Source: Clostridia bacterium
Lineage (GTDB): Bacteria; Bacillota; Clostridia; Oscillospirales; CAG-272
NCBI GenBank assembly: GCA_017463765.1
Contig: JAFTON010000055.1
Coordinates: forward strand, 1 to 56,262
Reading direction: 5' to 3'
DNA: 56,262 nucleotides
Shown here: piece by piece, positions 1 through 9,300 of the stretch
How the letters are laid out: each line of letters begins with the position of its first letter
Numbering within the stretch: the stretch's first letter is position 1
Notes under the pieces: generated by a model
The model's input: only the letters and a program-made list of their open reading frames with translations
The model's database searches: none
Told to the model about the DNA's origin: nothing
Position numbers and translations under genes: made by a program

Positions 1-1847
1 AAATTCTCCTTATCAAAGACGGTGCTGTCCTTTACAATAGGTGTCTGGGTGAGAAGATATCCGTCACCCTCGGCAGCAAGTCCGTAGATAACGGGGATAG
101 TCATACCCGATCCGTTCCATACCTTTCTTGCGTTTGCATAAATACCACTGTCGGTATCTACGGGAACTCCTGCGAACCAGTGGATACCAACTGTCTTGCC
201 GAAGTAGTCGCTAGACTCATCTCTGATGCTGAAGGTCTGCGCCGCATAGGAGTCGGGACCGAAGTCCATCTTCTGAATATCACTCTGATCTATTGCGCCA
301 CCGTCCTTATCGGTGAATACGATGGAATTGCCGTCGTAGTTAAACTTACCTACAATGTACTCTCTCGAGGTAAGGGTCAGAACGTTGAATACCTCACCGT
401 CGTCGGCAGTCAGCGTCAGAACGTCGGGACACTCGGGAACCTGCGCAACGAATTGACCTGCATAGGACCAATCGAGAAGGTTGGTGGATTTCATAAACCA
501 AACCTTGTTTTCCTGCTGACCTGTAACGACCATACCCCATACGGTAGTCTTGCCGTTTTCATCAAACGCTACGGGGAATACCTTGGGGTCGCGGCAGGCA
601 ACCTTATGGAAGATGCCGTCTGCACCTGTTGCCACGTCCTGAGGAATCATCTTACGCTTTGTCCAGGTCATACCACCGTCATCGCTTGACATAATCATCT
701 GGTCCTGTCTGCCACCGTCACGGGTATAGAAGGCGATAATACCGTTGCCCTCACCGCTTGGGAACCAATTGAGTGCGTCTATGTCGGCGCTGTCACCGAG
801 TCTGTACTCATATGCAGAGCCGGACCACATATAGCCTACGCCCTCGCCCCAGTCTTCATCGGGGAAGAGGCATATGGGGAGAAGCTCCCAATGAGCAAGG
901 TCCTTACTTCTTGCATGACCCCAATACATATCGCCCCAATAGTTGTTATAGGGATGATGCTGATAGTAAAGGTGATAATATCCGTCGAAATAGATAAGAC
1001 CGTTAGGGTCATTGTTCCAGTGTGCGTACTGGGAGAAGTGATACTGATTACGGTAGAGCTCGGTATAATAGGAATAGTCACTCTTTCCGTAGTAGATATC
1101 GTCAAACTTTACTTTAGAGTTAAAGCAGTTAAATCCGATCTTACCACCCTCGTAGCTAACCTCCTCGGGCAGCTGCTCAAGCGAATTAAGCTCAATCGTA
1201 TTTTCGATACCGAATCTACGGATATTGTCTGCATAGAACTCTGCGTAAACGCCATCCTCCTCGGGAGTGATAACCACCTTAAGCTGAACCTTATCAATGT
1301 TCTTTACCTTATCACCGACAAGGCGTCTTTCGCTGTCGGTCATCTTATCGTTTCCGATAAAGTAGTCGGTTAACAGCTCTGTTGCAGTAGTCTTACCGTC
1401 CTGAGCGCTGAAGTAAAGCAGCTTCACACGGTTAGCCTGTCTGTCTACGTTGAACACCCAATAATGAGCGCCGTCCTCTGCGCCGAAGGCAAGACCTGCA
1501 GCCACACCGTTTTCAAATGCAACGGTTGCTGTGTAAACAAAGCTCTCCTCTGCACCGTAGGTGATTTCCGAAAGAGTAAAGCTGTCAGTGCTGCTCTCCA
1601 TGCTGACGTTATCCATTACTGCGTCGTAGCTTGTGGCATCGGAGAAGATAACGTCACTGTTACCGATCTCCTTATCGGCGCCGTTGTTTTTACCTGTGGT
1701 ATCAGCCTCAGGAAGAGTAAAACCGTTGTTTCCACTTCCTACACTTACCGTACCGTCTGCAGTACCGTTAGTAAAGCTGCATGCCACAAATGAAAAACTC
1801 ATAACGACAATTAATGCCAGGGATAAAATTTTGTACCAATTTTTCAT
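1..1847 (-). CDS. GH32 beta-fructosidase/levanase-type lipoprotein; partial, C-terminus lies beyond the left edge
   Basis: Absent from the ORF track because it runs off the window. Reverse-complement translation from ATG 1847-1845 (GGAAGGAG 7 nt upstream) gives MKNWYKILSLALIVVMSFSFVAC (lipobox), then a ~240-aa lectin/ConA-like N-module. The three GH32 signatures follow: WNNDPNG (about 1001-1021), CRDPKVF (RDP) and VPECPDV (EC). The frame stays open to nt 1. Confidence 0.9.
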   Translation of the reverse strand, partial: MKNWYKILSLALIVVMSFSFVACSFTNGTADGTVSVGSGNNGFTLPEADTTGKNNGADKEIGNSDVIFSDATSYDAVMDNVSMESSTDSFTLSEITYGAEESFVYTATVAFENGVAAGLAFGAEDGAHYWVFNVDRQANRVKLLYFSAQDGKTTATELLTDYFIGNDKMTDSERRLVGDKVKNIDKVQLKVVITPEEDGVYAEFYADNIRRFGIENTIELNSLEQLPEEVSYEGGKIGFNCFNSKVKFDDIYYGKSDYSYYTELYRNQYHFSQYAHWNNDPNGLIYFDGYYHLYYQHHPYNNYWGDMYWGHARSKDLAHWELLPICLFPDEDWGEGVGYMWSGSAYEYRLGDSADIDALNWFPSGEGNGIIAFYTRDGGRQDQMIMSSDDGGMTWTKRKMIPQDVATGADGIFHKVACRDPKVFPVAFDENGKTTVWGMVVTGQQENKVWFMKSTNLLDWSYAGQFVAQVPECPDVLTLTADDGEVFNVLTLTSREYIVGKFNYDGNSIVFTDKDGGAIDQSDIQKMDFGPDSYAAQTFSIRDESSDYFGKTVGIHWFAGVPVDTDSGIYANARKVWNGSGMTIPVIYGLAAEGDGYLLTQTPIVKDSTVFDKEN

Positions 1848-1863
1848 TTTTGCTCCTTCCCTC

Positions 1864-2778
1864 TTATATGTTAATTTTATTAAGATTTTCATTTACAGTG
1901 TCAAGACCGGGCAGATTATCTATCGCGCCACGGCCTGTGGTATTAAGCGCGCCTGCTATATTACCGAACCTGAGCGATTCGTTAAGCACCTGCTCGGTAA
2001 GGGGCATACCCACCTTCTTATCAATAACCGAAAGCGCTCCTGCAAAGAATGCGTCGCCTGCTCCGGTGGTGTCTACCGGCTTAACCGTGATGGTTGGTAC
2101 GGCATTTCTCTTACCCTTATATCTCCATTCACTGCCGTTCTTACCTAACGTAATAAGAACCAGCTTGTCGGTTAAGGAATTTACGTAATCCTCGGTAAAG
2201 ATTTCAACCTCATCCTCGGAGAATTTAACTATATCCGATTCTGCAAGTATTTTCTTATATGTTTCGGTAGCGCTTTCCGTATCTCTGAAAATGTCGGTAC
2301 GGTAATTTACGTCGAAAGCAACCGTTTTGCCAAAGGAATGTGCACGTCTGATTATTTCAAGAGCATAATCAACGCAGCTTTCATCTGCCAGCATAAGCGA
2401 GCCGATGCATACTATATCTGCCGATCCGATAAGCTCGTCGCTTACTTTCGGCATACAGTAATCTGCCGTATTCTTACGGTAGAAGCAGAAGGATCTGTCC
2501 CCCTCCTCATTCAGCTCTACGAATGCAAGAGTGGTGTTGCGCTCGGTATTCTGATGAATGTAAGTGGTATCCATACCGAAATCCTCTGCATATTTTATCA
2601 GGAATCTACCTATCAGATCGTCACCGACGCTGCCGACGAACTTAACATCTGCACCGAATTTCTTTAACGCGCATGCAACGTTGAAGGGTGCACCACCGGC
2701 CTTTCTCTCATAGGTAGTGACTCCATTTTTTTCCTCACCGATCATATCGGCAAGAATTTCACCAATACAAACTAACAA
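1864..2778 (-). CDS. PfkB-family sugar kinase, probable fructokinase
   Basis: 304 aa. TTG start 6 nt after GGAGG. Contains the PfkB motifs GGAPFNVA and DTTGAGDAF. Lies 16 nt upstream of the GH32 gene in the same operon. Confidence 0.85.
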   Translation of the reverse strand: MLVCIGEILADMIGEEKNGVTTYERKAGGAPFNVACALKKFGADVKFVGSVGDDLIGRFLIKYAEDFGMDTTYIHQNTERNTTLAFVELNEEGDRSFCFYRKNTADYCMPKVSDELIGSADIVCIGSLMLADESCVDYALEIIRRAHSFGKTVAFDVNYRTDIFRDTESATETYKKILAESDIVKFSEDEVEIFTEDYVNSLTDKLVLITLGKNGSEWRYKGKRNAVPTITVKPVDTTGAGDAFFAGALSVIDKKVGMPLTEQVLNESLRFGNIAGALNTTGRGAIDNLPGLDTVNENLNKINI

Positions 2779-2779
2779 T

Positions 2780-4105
2780 TTAAACCTCCGTTTGTTCAGC
2801 CTGTTGCTGTTTTGGCTGCATCTTATTCAGTCTGCTTTCGTTCAGGGCAAATATCACTGCTCGTATCACAAGTGCCACAAAGAACAGCACAAGTGGCAGC
2901 AGGCTTATCAGGCTGCGATTTACAAAGAACATTGCCGTCACGGTAATAACGGCTGAAATCACGCCCGAGAACCATACGAAAGATCCGACGATTTTAATCA
3001 TTGCACCAAGAGATGATATACTCTCAACGCCACAAAGCCTTAATATAGAATAAGGTAGAAGAGCTGCAACCATAATCATCAGTGCAATAAAGGGTGCAAG
3101 CGATACGGTATTCAGAAGGTAGGCATATGCACTTAAAAACCAATTTGACTTGAAAGCGCTTTTGATAAAGCCGTCTGCCTTATCGTTTGCCACCTGCTGC
3201 GTATCCTTGTCAGAGATAAGCTCACCGTTTTCAAGGCTGCTGTAGAAGCCGTAGAAGGAAACCTCTCTACCTCCCTTTGTTTCAAAGGAGCCACTCATAT
3301 AATCATCAAAAATCAATATATACTTGGTAAGACCCTGACTTATATAATTATGGTAGTAATAATTACGGAGCAGTGGAATTTTCGAGCTGCTCTCATAGGC
3401 GTCTATAGCAGGATAATAGCTTTCAAAATAAGCCTCGTAAATCGCTCTGTTATATTCAGCCTCGCTGATTTTTCCTTCGGCGAGCTCGCTTGCCAGCGTC
3501 TTTGTTAATTCCTTCTTCTCTTCACCCAGTCCGTCAAGATACTCTATGTATCCCTTAACCTTTTCACCGTCAAGCACAAGCTCCTTTGACGTATACTTTA
3601 GCTTAAAATCAAAATTAAGTCTTGCGACCTCGCTCAGCGTAAGATAATCCTGATATGAAATCTCGGTATTCTTGCCGTCGTTTGAAAGGCAGTAGGCGTA
3701 AACCTCGCAGGGAGTATCTGCAGCACGCAGATCAACAACCACGTTATAGCCGTTTACCGAGTAAGCCTGTCTGTCCTCATCATTCTCAAGTGTGTTTATC
3801 AGAAGGCTGCCTGCGTAGTCTGCACCCTGCCCCTTAAGCTTCAGGTCACCGTTATCTATTACCATGTCAATTCGCTTATCGCTATCGGCATTTGCAAACA
3901 CACCACGGACAGTTTCCACGAAATCAGGTGAATTGTCGAAGTGGACTGCAAATGGCAGCATATCACCTGCAAAAAAGCTTATCCATAAAAACGACAGCGC
4001 CAGCATAAAGCCTAAAAATACGTTTGTGTATCCACGCTTCGCGCCTTCCTTTGCAGCTTTATGTGAGAAAAAGCTGAGGAAGAAAAATCTGAACCATTTT
4101 TTCAT
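2780..4105 (-). CDS. Hypothetical membrane protein: N-terminal TM, ~300-aa extracytoplasmic domain, C-terminal multi-TM bundle
   Basis: 441-aa ORF packed 3 nt after the ATPase gene and 1 nt before the kinase gene. Hydrophobic segments are FLGFMLALSFLWISFFAG and the C-terminal 100 aa. No motif recognised. Its position resembles that of YvdJ-type membrane proteins in sugar operons, which is a weak analogy only. Confidence 0.7.
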   Translation of the reverse strand: MKKWFRFFFLSFFSHKAAKEGAKRGYTNVFLGFMLALSFLWISFFAGDMLPFAVHFDNSPDFVETVRGVFANADSDKRIDMVIDNGDLKLKGQGADYAGSLLINTLENDEDRQAYSVNGYNVVVDLRAADTPCEVYAYCLSNDGKNTEISYQDYLTLSEVARLNFDFKLKYTSKELVLDGEKVKGYIEYLDGLGEEKKELTKTLASELAEGKISEAEYNRAIYEAYFESYYPAIDAYESSSKIPLLRNYYYHNYISQGLTKYILIFDDYMSGSFETKGGREVSFYGFYSSLENGELISDKDTQQVANDKADGFIKSAFKSNWFLSAYAYLLNTVSLAPFIALMIMVAALLPYSILRLCGVESISSLGAMIKIVGSFVWFSGVISAVITVTAMFFVNRSLISLLPLVLFFVALVIRAVIFALNESRLNKMQPKQQQAEQTEV

Positions 4106-4108
4106 AAT

Positions 4109-5569
4109 TTACTTATTGCCGTATTCTCTCGACATAATAGACAGCTCGCTCTCCCTGTCGAAGAGATGTACGAACTTTTCCGTAAAGCTGACACCCACTG
4201 CATCACCGGGGATAAGATCGTTCCTTTCGGGAACGCTTACAATAAAGTCGTTATCCTCTCCATTGAAGCGAAGGAACAGCTGAGTGGTATTACCAAGAAC
4301 CTCTTTAATGGTAAGCGTTGCCTTGATTCCCGACTCATCAAGTCTGATATTTTCACCTCTCACGCCAAGATAAACGCTGTGAGGCTTTCCGTCAAGATAC
4401 TCATCCTGTATGCTACGAAGCTCCGAGAGCTTAAGGCTTACGTTCTGACCGTCCTTAAAGGTAACGTTAAGCTTATCACCCTCTCGCTTTATCTCAGACT
4501 CGAAGAAGTTCATCTGAGGTGTGCCGATAAATCCTGCTACAAACTTGTTATCGGGATAATCGAACAGATTGGTAGGTGTGTCTATCTGCTGAATAACGCC
4601 GAGCTTCATAACCACTATTCTGGTACCCATCGTCATTGCTTCTATCTGGTCGTGGGTAACGTAAATAAAGGTGGTCTTAAGCTGATTATGTAATTTAACT
4701 ATCTCAGCTCTCATCGCCGTTCTCAGCTTAGCATCAAGATTGGAGAGAGGCTCGTCAAGCAGAAATACCTTAGGTCCACGAACCATTGCACGTCCAAGCG
4801 CGATACGCTGACGCTGTCCACCCGACATCTCTGCAGGCTTGGAGTCAAGAAGCTCCTCTATTCCGAGAACGCCTGCTGCCCACTGTACCTTCTCATCAAT
4901 CTCTTCCTTGCTCATATGAACGTAATTAAACTGAGGCACGGGTGTGGTCTGGTAGTATTTCAATGACTTCTCTGCTTCCTCAATACGCTTCTCAAGCAGT
5001 GCCTTCTTTTCCGAATAGTAACGGATATCGGCTTCAGCCTGCTCTCTGTCAAGCTTGTCGGAGCTCTTAAGCGCTTCAATATCCTTTGCTAAAGCTTCGT
5101 TTTCCTTTTGCAGCTTCTTAAGTTTCTTAGCTGTCTCGCTAATCTTCTTATTATCAATTTTAGCAACCTGATTGCCGTCCTTATCAAGCTTGGCAACAGG
5201 AATCTTACGCATCTTCAGACCGAATGCGATGTTGTCATATGCAGTAAGATGTGGATAAAGTGCATAGCTCTGGAACACCATCGCTATATCTCTGTCTTTA
5301 GCATCGACGTCGTTAACCAACTGATCATCTATATAAAGCTCACCACCACTTATGTCCTCAAGACCGGCAATCATTCTCAGCGTGGTTGATTTACCACATC
5401 CCGAAGGACCGACGAATACGATAAACTCACCGTCGTTGATCTCCATGTTAAAATCCTTAACTGCAACGAAATCGCCACTTCTCTTTTTTGCCTCGGCCTT
5501 AGCATTCTTTTTAACCTTACCAACGCCTGCATAAACCTTGTATACATGCCTTAATAATAATTTCGCCAT
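4109..5569 (-). CDS. MalK/MsmX/UgpC-type sugar ABC transporter ATP-binding protein with a ~97-aa coiled-coil insertion
   Basis: Walker A GPSGCGKST, Q-loop MVFQSYALYP, signature MSGGQRQR, Walker B FLLDEP, and a C-terminal MalK-like regulatory domain. The preferred start is MAKLLL (ATG 5569-5567), preceded by AAGGGGAAG. The track ORF starts 13 codons earlier, at 5608. Confidence 0.9.
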   Translation of the reverse strand: MAKLLLRHVYKVYAGVGKVKKNAKAEAKKRSGDFVAVKDFNMEINDGEFIVFVGPSGCGKSTTLRMIAGLEDISGGELYIDDQLVNDVDAKDRDIAMVFQSYALYPHLTAYDNIAFGLKMRKIPVAKLDKDGNQVAKIDNKKISETAKKLKKLQKENEALAKDIEALKSSDKLDREQAEADIRYYSEKKALLEKRIEEAEKSLKYYQTTPVPQFNYVHMSKEEIDEKVQWAAGVLGIEELLDSKPAEMSGGQRQRIALGRAMVRGPKVFLLDEPLSNLDAKLRTAMRAEIVKLHNQLKTTFIYVTHDQIEAMTMGTRIVVMKLGVIQQIDTPTNLFDYPDNKFVAGFIGTPQMNFFESEIKREGDKLNVTFKDGQNVSLKLSELRSIQDEYLDGKPHSVYLGVRGENIRLDESGIKATLTIKEVLGNTTQLFLRFNGEDNDFIVSVPERNDLIPGDAVGVSFTEKFVHLFDRESELSIMSREYGNK

Positions 5570-5661
5570 AGATGACTTCCCCTTTTCCTTAAATAACTTT
5601 CCTTCCAATTAATAAATAAACAAGTTCGGATAATATGAAAATTATCCAATTCAAGCATTTT

Positions 5662-5675
5662 TGGAAATGTTTCCA
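5662..5675. promoter_or_regulatory. Operator-like inverted repeat TGGAAATGTTTCCA, proximal copy overlapping the predicted TSS
   Basis: 12 of 14 positions are palindromic. It is the exact reverse complement of the copy at 5716-5729. One mismatch to the cre/LacI-type pattern WTGNAANCGNWNNCW, at the central CG. Confidence 0.6.
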
Positions 5676-5680
5676 TTTAC

Positions 5681-5708
5681 ATTATACACAACGAAAATAA
5701 AAAATCAA
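5681..5708 (-). promoter_or_regulatory. Sigma-A promoter of the fructan operon
   Basis: On the minus strand: TTGATT (5708-5703), a 16-nt spacer, then TATAAT (5686-5681). About 110 nt upstream of the ATPase start. Confidence 0.65.
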
Positions 5709-5715
5709 GGGGTTT

Positions 5716-5729
5716 TGGAAACATTTCCA
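5716..5729. promoter_or_regulatory. Operator-like inverted repeat TGGAAACATTTCCA, distal copy just upstream of the -35
   Basis: Exact reverse complement of 5662-5675. Centre-to-centre spacing is 54 bp, about five helical turns, so the two copies bracket the promoter. Confidence 0.6.
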
Positions 5730-5842
5730 AATTTAATAAAAATAAATTTTGGTTTTTCGTGATTTCTCACAAAAAACAGAGTGCGAATATAGGCAAATTG
5801 ACTAAAGTACATTTTTTACCTGTAAAAACCCGTTTAAATTGA

Positions 5843-5875
5843 CAAAAAAACGAACCTTGATTTCTCGAGGTTCGT
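5843..5875 (-). terminator. Rho-independent terminator closing a short unit at 5877-6180
   Basis: Stem ACGAACCT (5850-5857) / AGGTTCGT (5868-5875). On the minus strand the stem is followed by TTTTTTTG, the complement of the A-run at 5843-5849. Confidence 0.6.
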
Positions 5876-6182
5876 CTTATTCTTGTTTGGTGAGCCACAT
5901 ACCGATGTTTCCGAATATAACACCAAGCATAAGACCCACAAGCTTCTGCGAGCCGACTTTCTTCGCACCGAGAGAAAACCTGACCGAGATATGCGATCTT
6001 ATTTGCCGTCGGAGCAAACTCGATGGTTTTTGAAAGTAAAAGCAAAAGGTATCCGAGATTTAGAACGTATACGCAGAGATATAAAACTAAAAGTCAGGGT
6101 TCTCTTTGCTTTTCCCTACCTCCGAGATAATTCTAAAAGTAAATTTTTATTTACATAATTAGTGTTTTTAACAAAATAATAA

Positions 6183-6226
6183 GAAAAAAAGCCTACCCTC
6201 TTTACAAAAAACGCAGAGGATAGGCT
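6183..6226 (-). terminator. Rho-independent terminator of the 32-kb operon
   Basis: 12-bp stem AGCCTACCCTCT (6190-6201) / AGAGGATAGGCT (6215-6226) with one mismatch. On the minus strand it is followed by TTTTTTTCTTATTATTTT. Also T-rich on the plus side, so it may be bidirectional. Confidence 0.7.
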
Positions 6227-6263
6227 TAATATATTTTTTAGATAGCTTGCTTTGATTTTTGAT

Positions 6264-6292
6264 TCTCGAGGGGCTTTGAGTGCCCCTCGAGA
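6264..6292. other. GC-rich 11-bp hairpin immediately 3' of the 2094-aa gene
   Basis: TCTCGAGGGGC (6264-6274) / GCCCCTCGAGA (6282-6292). No U-tract on the minus strand, so probably an RNA-stabilising or pause hairpin rather than the terminator itself. Confidence 0.5.
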
Positions 6293-6308
6293 TATATTTT
6301 GCTAAGCT

Positions 6309-9300
6309 TTAAGCAATGGGAGCGATAACGAGTGTAAGGGTAACGGTATCATCACCACTGTTTCCGCTGCTGTCCTTCTTGTAAGCAAAGTAGATGCTGT
6401 CGCCTTCTGCAAGAGTAGCAGTCTTGGAGCCGCTATCTTCACCCGATGCACCGCTTACAGTGGTGGTGGATGTACCGGATATAGTTTCCTCTACAGAGAA
6501 CTTATCCCAGCCACTCTCGGTGGATACATCGTAATTATAAGTAACGCTGTAGCTACCAAGCATAGTAATGGTCATAGCTGCGGTAGAAGAACCAATACCC
6601 TTGTTATTGCTTACCAAAGCACCGTTCTTATTAACGAAGTTATAAGTACCGTAGGTAACGTTTGCAGCCTTTACACCGTAAACAGTCATATCGCCTGTAA
6701 TGATTGCGGTCGTGATAGGCTGAGTGCATGCCTCGTCAGCAAACCAGATATAGAGGCCTGTTCCGTCGGAAGAAAGACCTGCGCCAAATGTTACTTCAGA
6801 ACCCGAGGTATATGTTGAAGAAACGTTTTCCATGCCTTCACCGTATACCATAGTTACGGTGTAAAGAGCGGACCACTTTGCATAGTAGGTCATGTCGCTG
6901 TTTTCTTCATACCAGTATTCTCTGCTGCCACTGAAATCTGCGGTGGTGTACCAGCCCTCGAACTTGTAGCCTTCGTAAGCGACGTCGGAAGGCAGACGAT
7001 ACTCTGCATTATGCTCTACCTCAACGCTGTCAATGATAAAGCCGTCAATACCTGTAACGAAGCTCACGGTATACTTAACGTGTACGATAGAATAGGTGTT
7101 TTCGGAAATGGTTACGTGATAGTATGCATCGCCGATGACAACCTCGAGATCGTATGCTACGTCATCTCCCATAACAGTATAGGTAAGAGCAGCATTCTCA
7201 AGTCCCTCTGCAGCATTGGTAATAGTACCTGCACCGTAGCCGTTAAGAACAAGTGCGTTGTTCTCGCCGTCGGTGTAGTAGCTGCCGCCCATGCCGTCGT
7301 TGATCTTCTGAACAAGGCCCTTGCTGCCGTCCTTAGCGAAGTAAGCGATAAGCTCGCCCTCGCTGTCGTAAACGTAAAGATTGGATGCCTGGTATGCGTT
7401 GAGGGCTGTTACGTCGCCATCATCGGATGCCCAGGTAACGTCAGAATAGATACGATCTTTAAACAGGAAGAAGTTAACAGCGCCTGCATCACCCTGAATA
7501 GTACCGAGCTTGATCATACCACTGTTCCAATAGCAACCGTTATAGCCGAAGCTTGTGCCGGAAACATAGATGTTTACGTCATCGTCAATAACCTCGCCAC
7601 CGGCGCTATAATTACAAATAAGCACGCCGGATGCTGCATCAAAGAGACCGAGAAAACGCTTGCCATCGGATGTATAAGCCTTGAACAAGCATGTTTCAGG
7701 ATCATATTCAGTGATCGTAGCGGTGTTATTGCCAAAAGTAGCATTACCGAGTGCATCAACAACAAACGTTGAGCTGCCCGAGCTGGTGGTCTTAGATCCA
7801 CCACTCTGAGTGCTACCGTAAATGTTAGCGCCCTTGTAAGAACCGAACATAGGATGAGCGTCAACCCACTTTGCGTAAATTGTAATGCTTTCGCTGATAG
7901 GACCGGAAACGTATGCTACTGTGCAATCAGCATCAGTATACCAACCGTCAAACGCCTTGCCGTTGGTGTAACCGGGCTCAACAAGAACGGGAGTATCACC
8001 TGCGCCGTAGTAATCTACAACAGTCTCAAGAGTGTTGCCGTAAACAACGCTTACGCTGAGCATAGCATCCCACTTAGCTACGAGAGTAACGCTACCGTCG
8101 GTAACGAATGCGTTAATATCTACGATAGTCTGAGCCTCGTCACCCTGAACGTACCAGCCTCTGAATACGAAGCCTTCTGCAGAAAGGGTAGGAAGAGATG
8201 TGGGAACGTTAGCAAATGCGCTCTTGGGATCAGCTGCGCCGTGATCGCTCACGAAGGTGATGGTTACGGGAACGGGAGCAGCTACGTAGGTCTTGTTTTC
8301 CTTATCAATATCTACAACATAGTACATATTTACAGTATTATCCTCATTGAAGGTATATACTCCAAAGGTATCGTCGTCGATCTTGGTGTAGGTACCGTTA
8401 AGACCTGCGATTGTGAGTGCGCCATAGCCCGAAACAACAACGTCACCGTTCTCGCCGGTATAGGTGCCTTCATAGCCGTCAAGCTGACACATGGTTGTGC
8501 CGTTGTAACCGAAGTAAGCAATAAGGTTGCCCTCTCTGTCCTTTACGTAAAGCATAGAGGACTGGTAGCAAGCATTAGCTGCTACAGCGTTGCCGTCAGC
8601 ATCCTCGAAGGATACGCCGAAGTAAACAACGTTGTTATTTACGAAGATGGTGTAGCTGGTTGCATCGTCGAAGTTATATACGATACAAGCAGTATTACCG
8701 TTATTCCAGTAAGAACCAACCATCATAGATGTAATGCTATTGGTTGAGAGGGGATTAAGGAAGAAGAATTCCTGCATATCTGCATCGCCTGTTACATAGT
8801 TAAGAAGGATAATACCTGTTTCCTTATCAATGTAACCCTTATAGGACTTACTTCCACAGTTGAGCACAAGAGTGCCTGCTACGGGATCGTAATCGGTAAT
8901 GGAGATATCACCTGTTGCGAAGGGATAGCTGGTCTTAGGAGACTTACCGTCGGGATCGATAGTGAAGCATGCAGCCGTACGAGTGTAGAACTTGTAAAGA
9001 TCGGTTGCATTCGAATCGTTCTTTCTCTCTATCTCGGTAACGGTGTAAGTAAGGTTGTAGATAGGAGCATCAGACCACTTAGCGTAAATGGTGATGCTTT
9101 CGGTCATAGCGGAGCCACTTGCCCACTCTGTACCCTCTGCGAAATCAGCGGTGGTGAACCAACCGTCGAACTTATGCTTTGCATAGGTAGGATTGTCGAT
9201 CGTTGCGATCTCGCCCTCACCGTAAATGAACTGGCCATTCTCGGTTACGTTGTCGTTATAAACAACGTTAAGAACGAACTCAGCCTTCCAGAGAGCTACG

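Noticed and set aside
180-2188. Plus-strand ORFs at 180-689, 891-1373, 1464-1793, 1633-2148 and 1814-2188
   Set aside because: They are antisense to the GH32 gene (WNNDPNG, RDP and EC motifs on the minus strand) and to the fructokinase gene. They have no ribosome-binding sites or motifs.
5767-6158. ORFs 5767-6045(-) and 5883-6158(+) as protein genes
   Set aside because: The minus-strand ORF reads straight through the terminator hairpin at 5850-5875 and starts at a TTG without an SD. The plus-strand ORF encodes an implausibly Arg/Lys-rich product without a ribosome-binding site. The region is reported as an unexplained unit instead.
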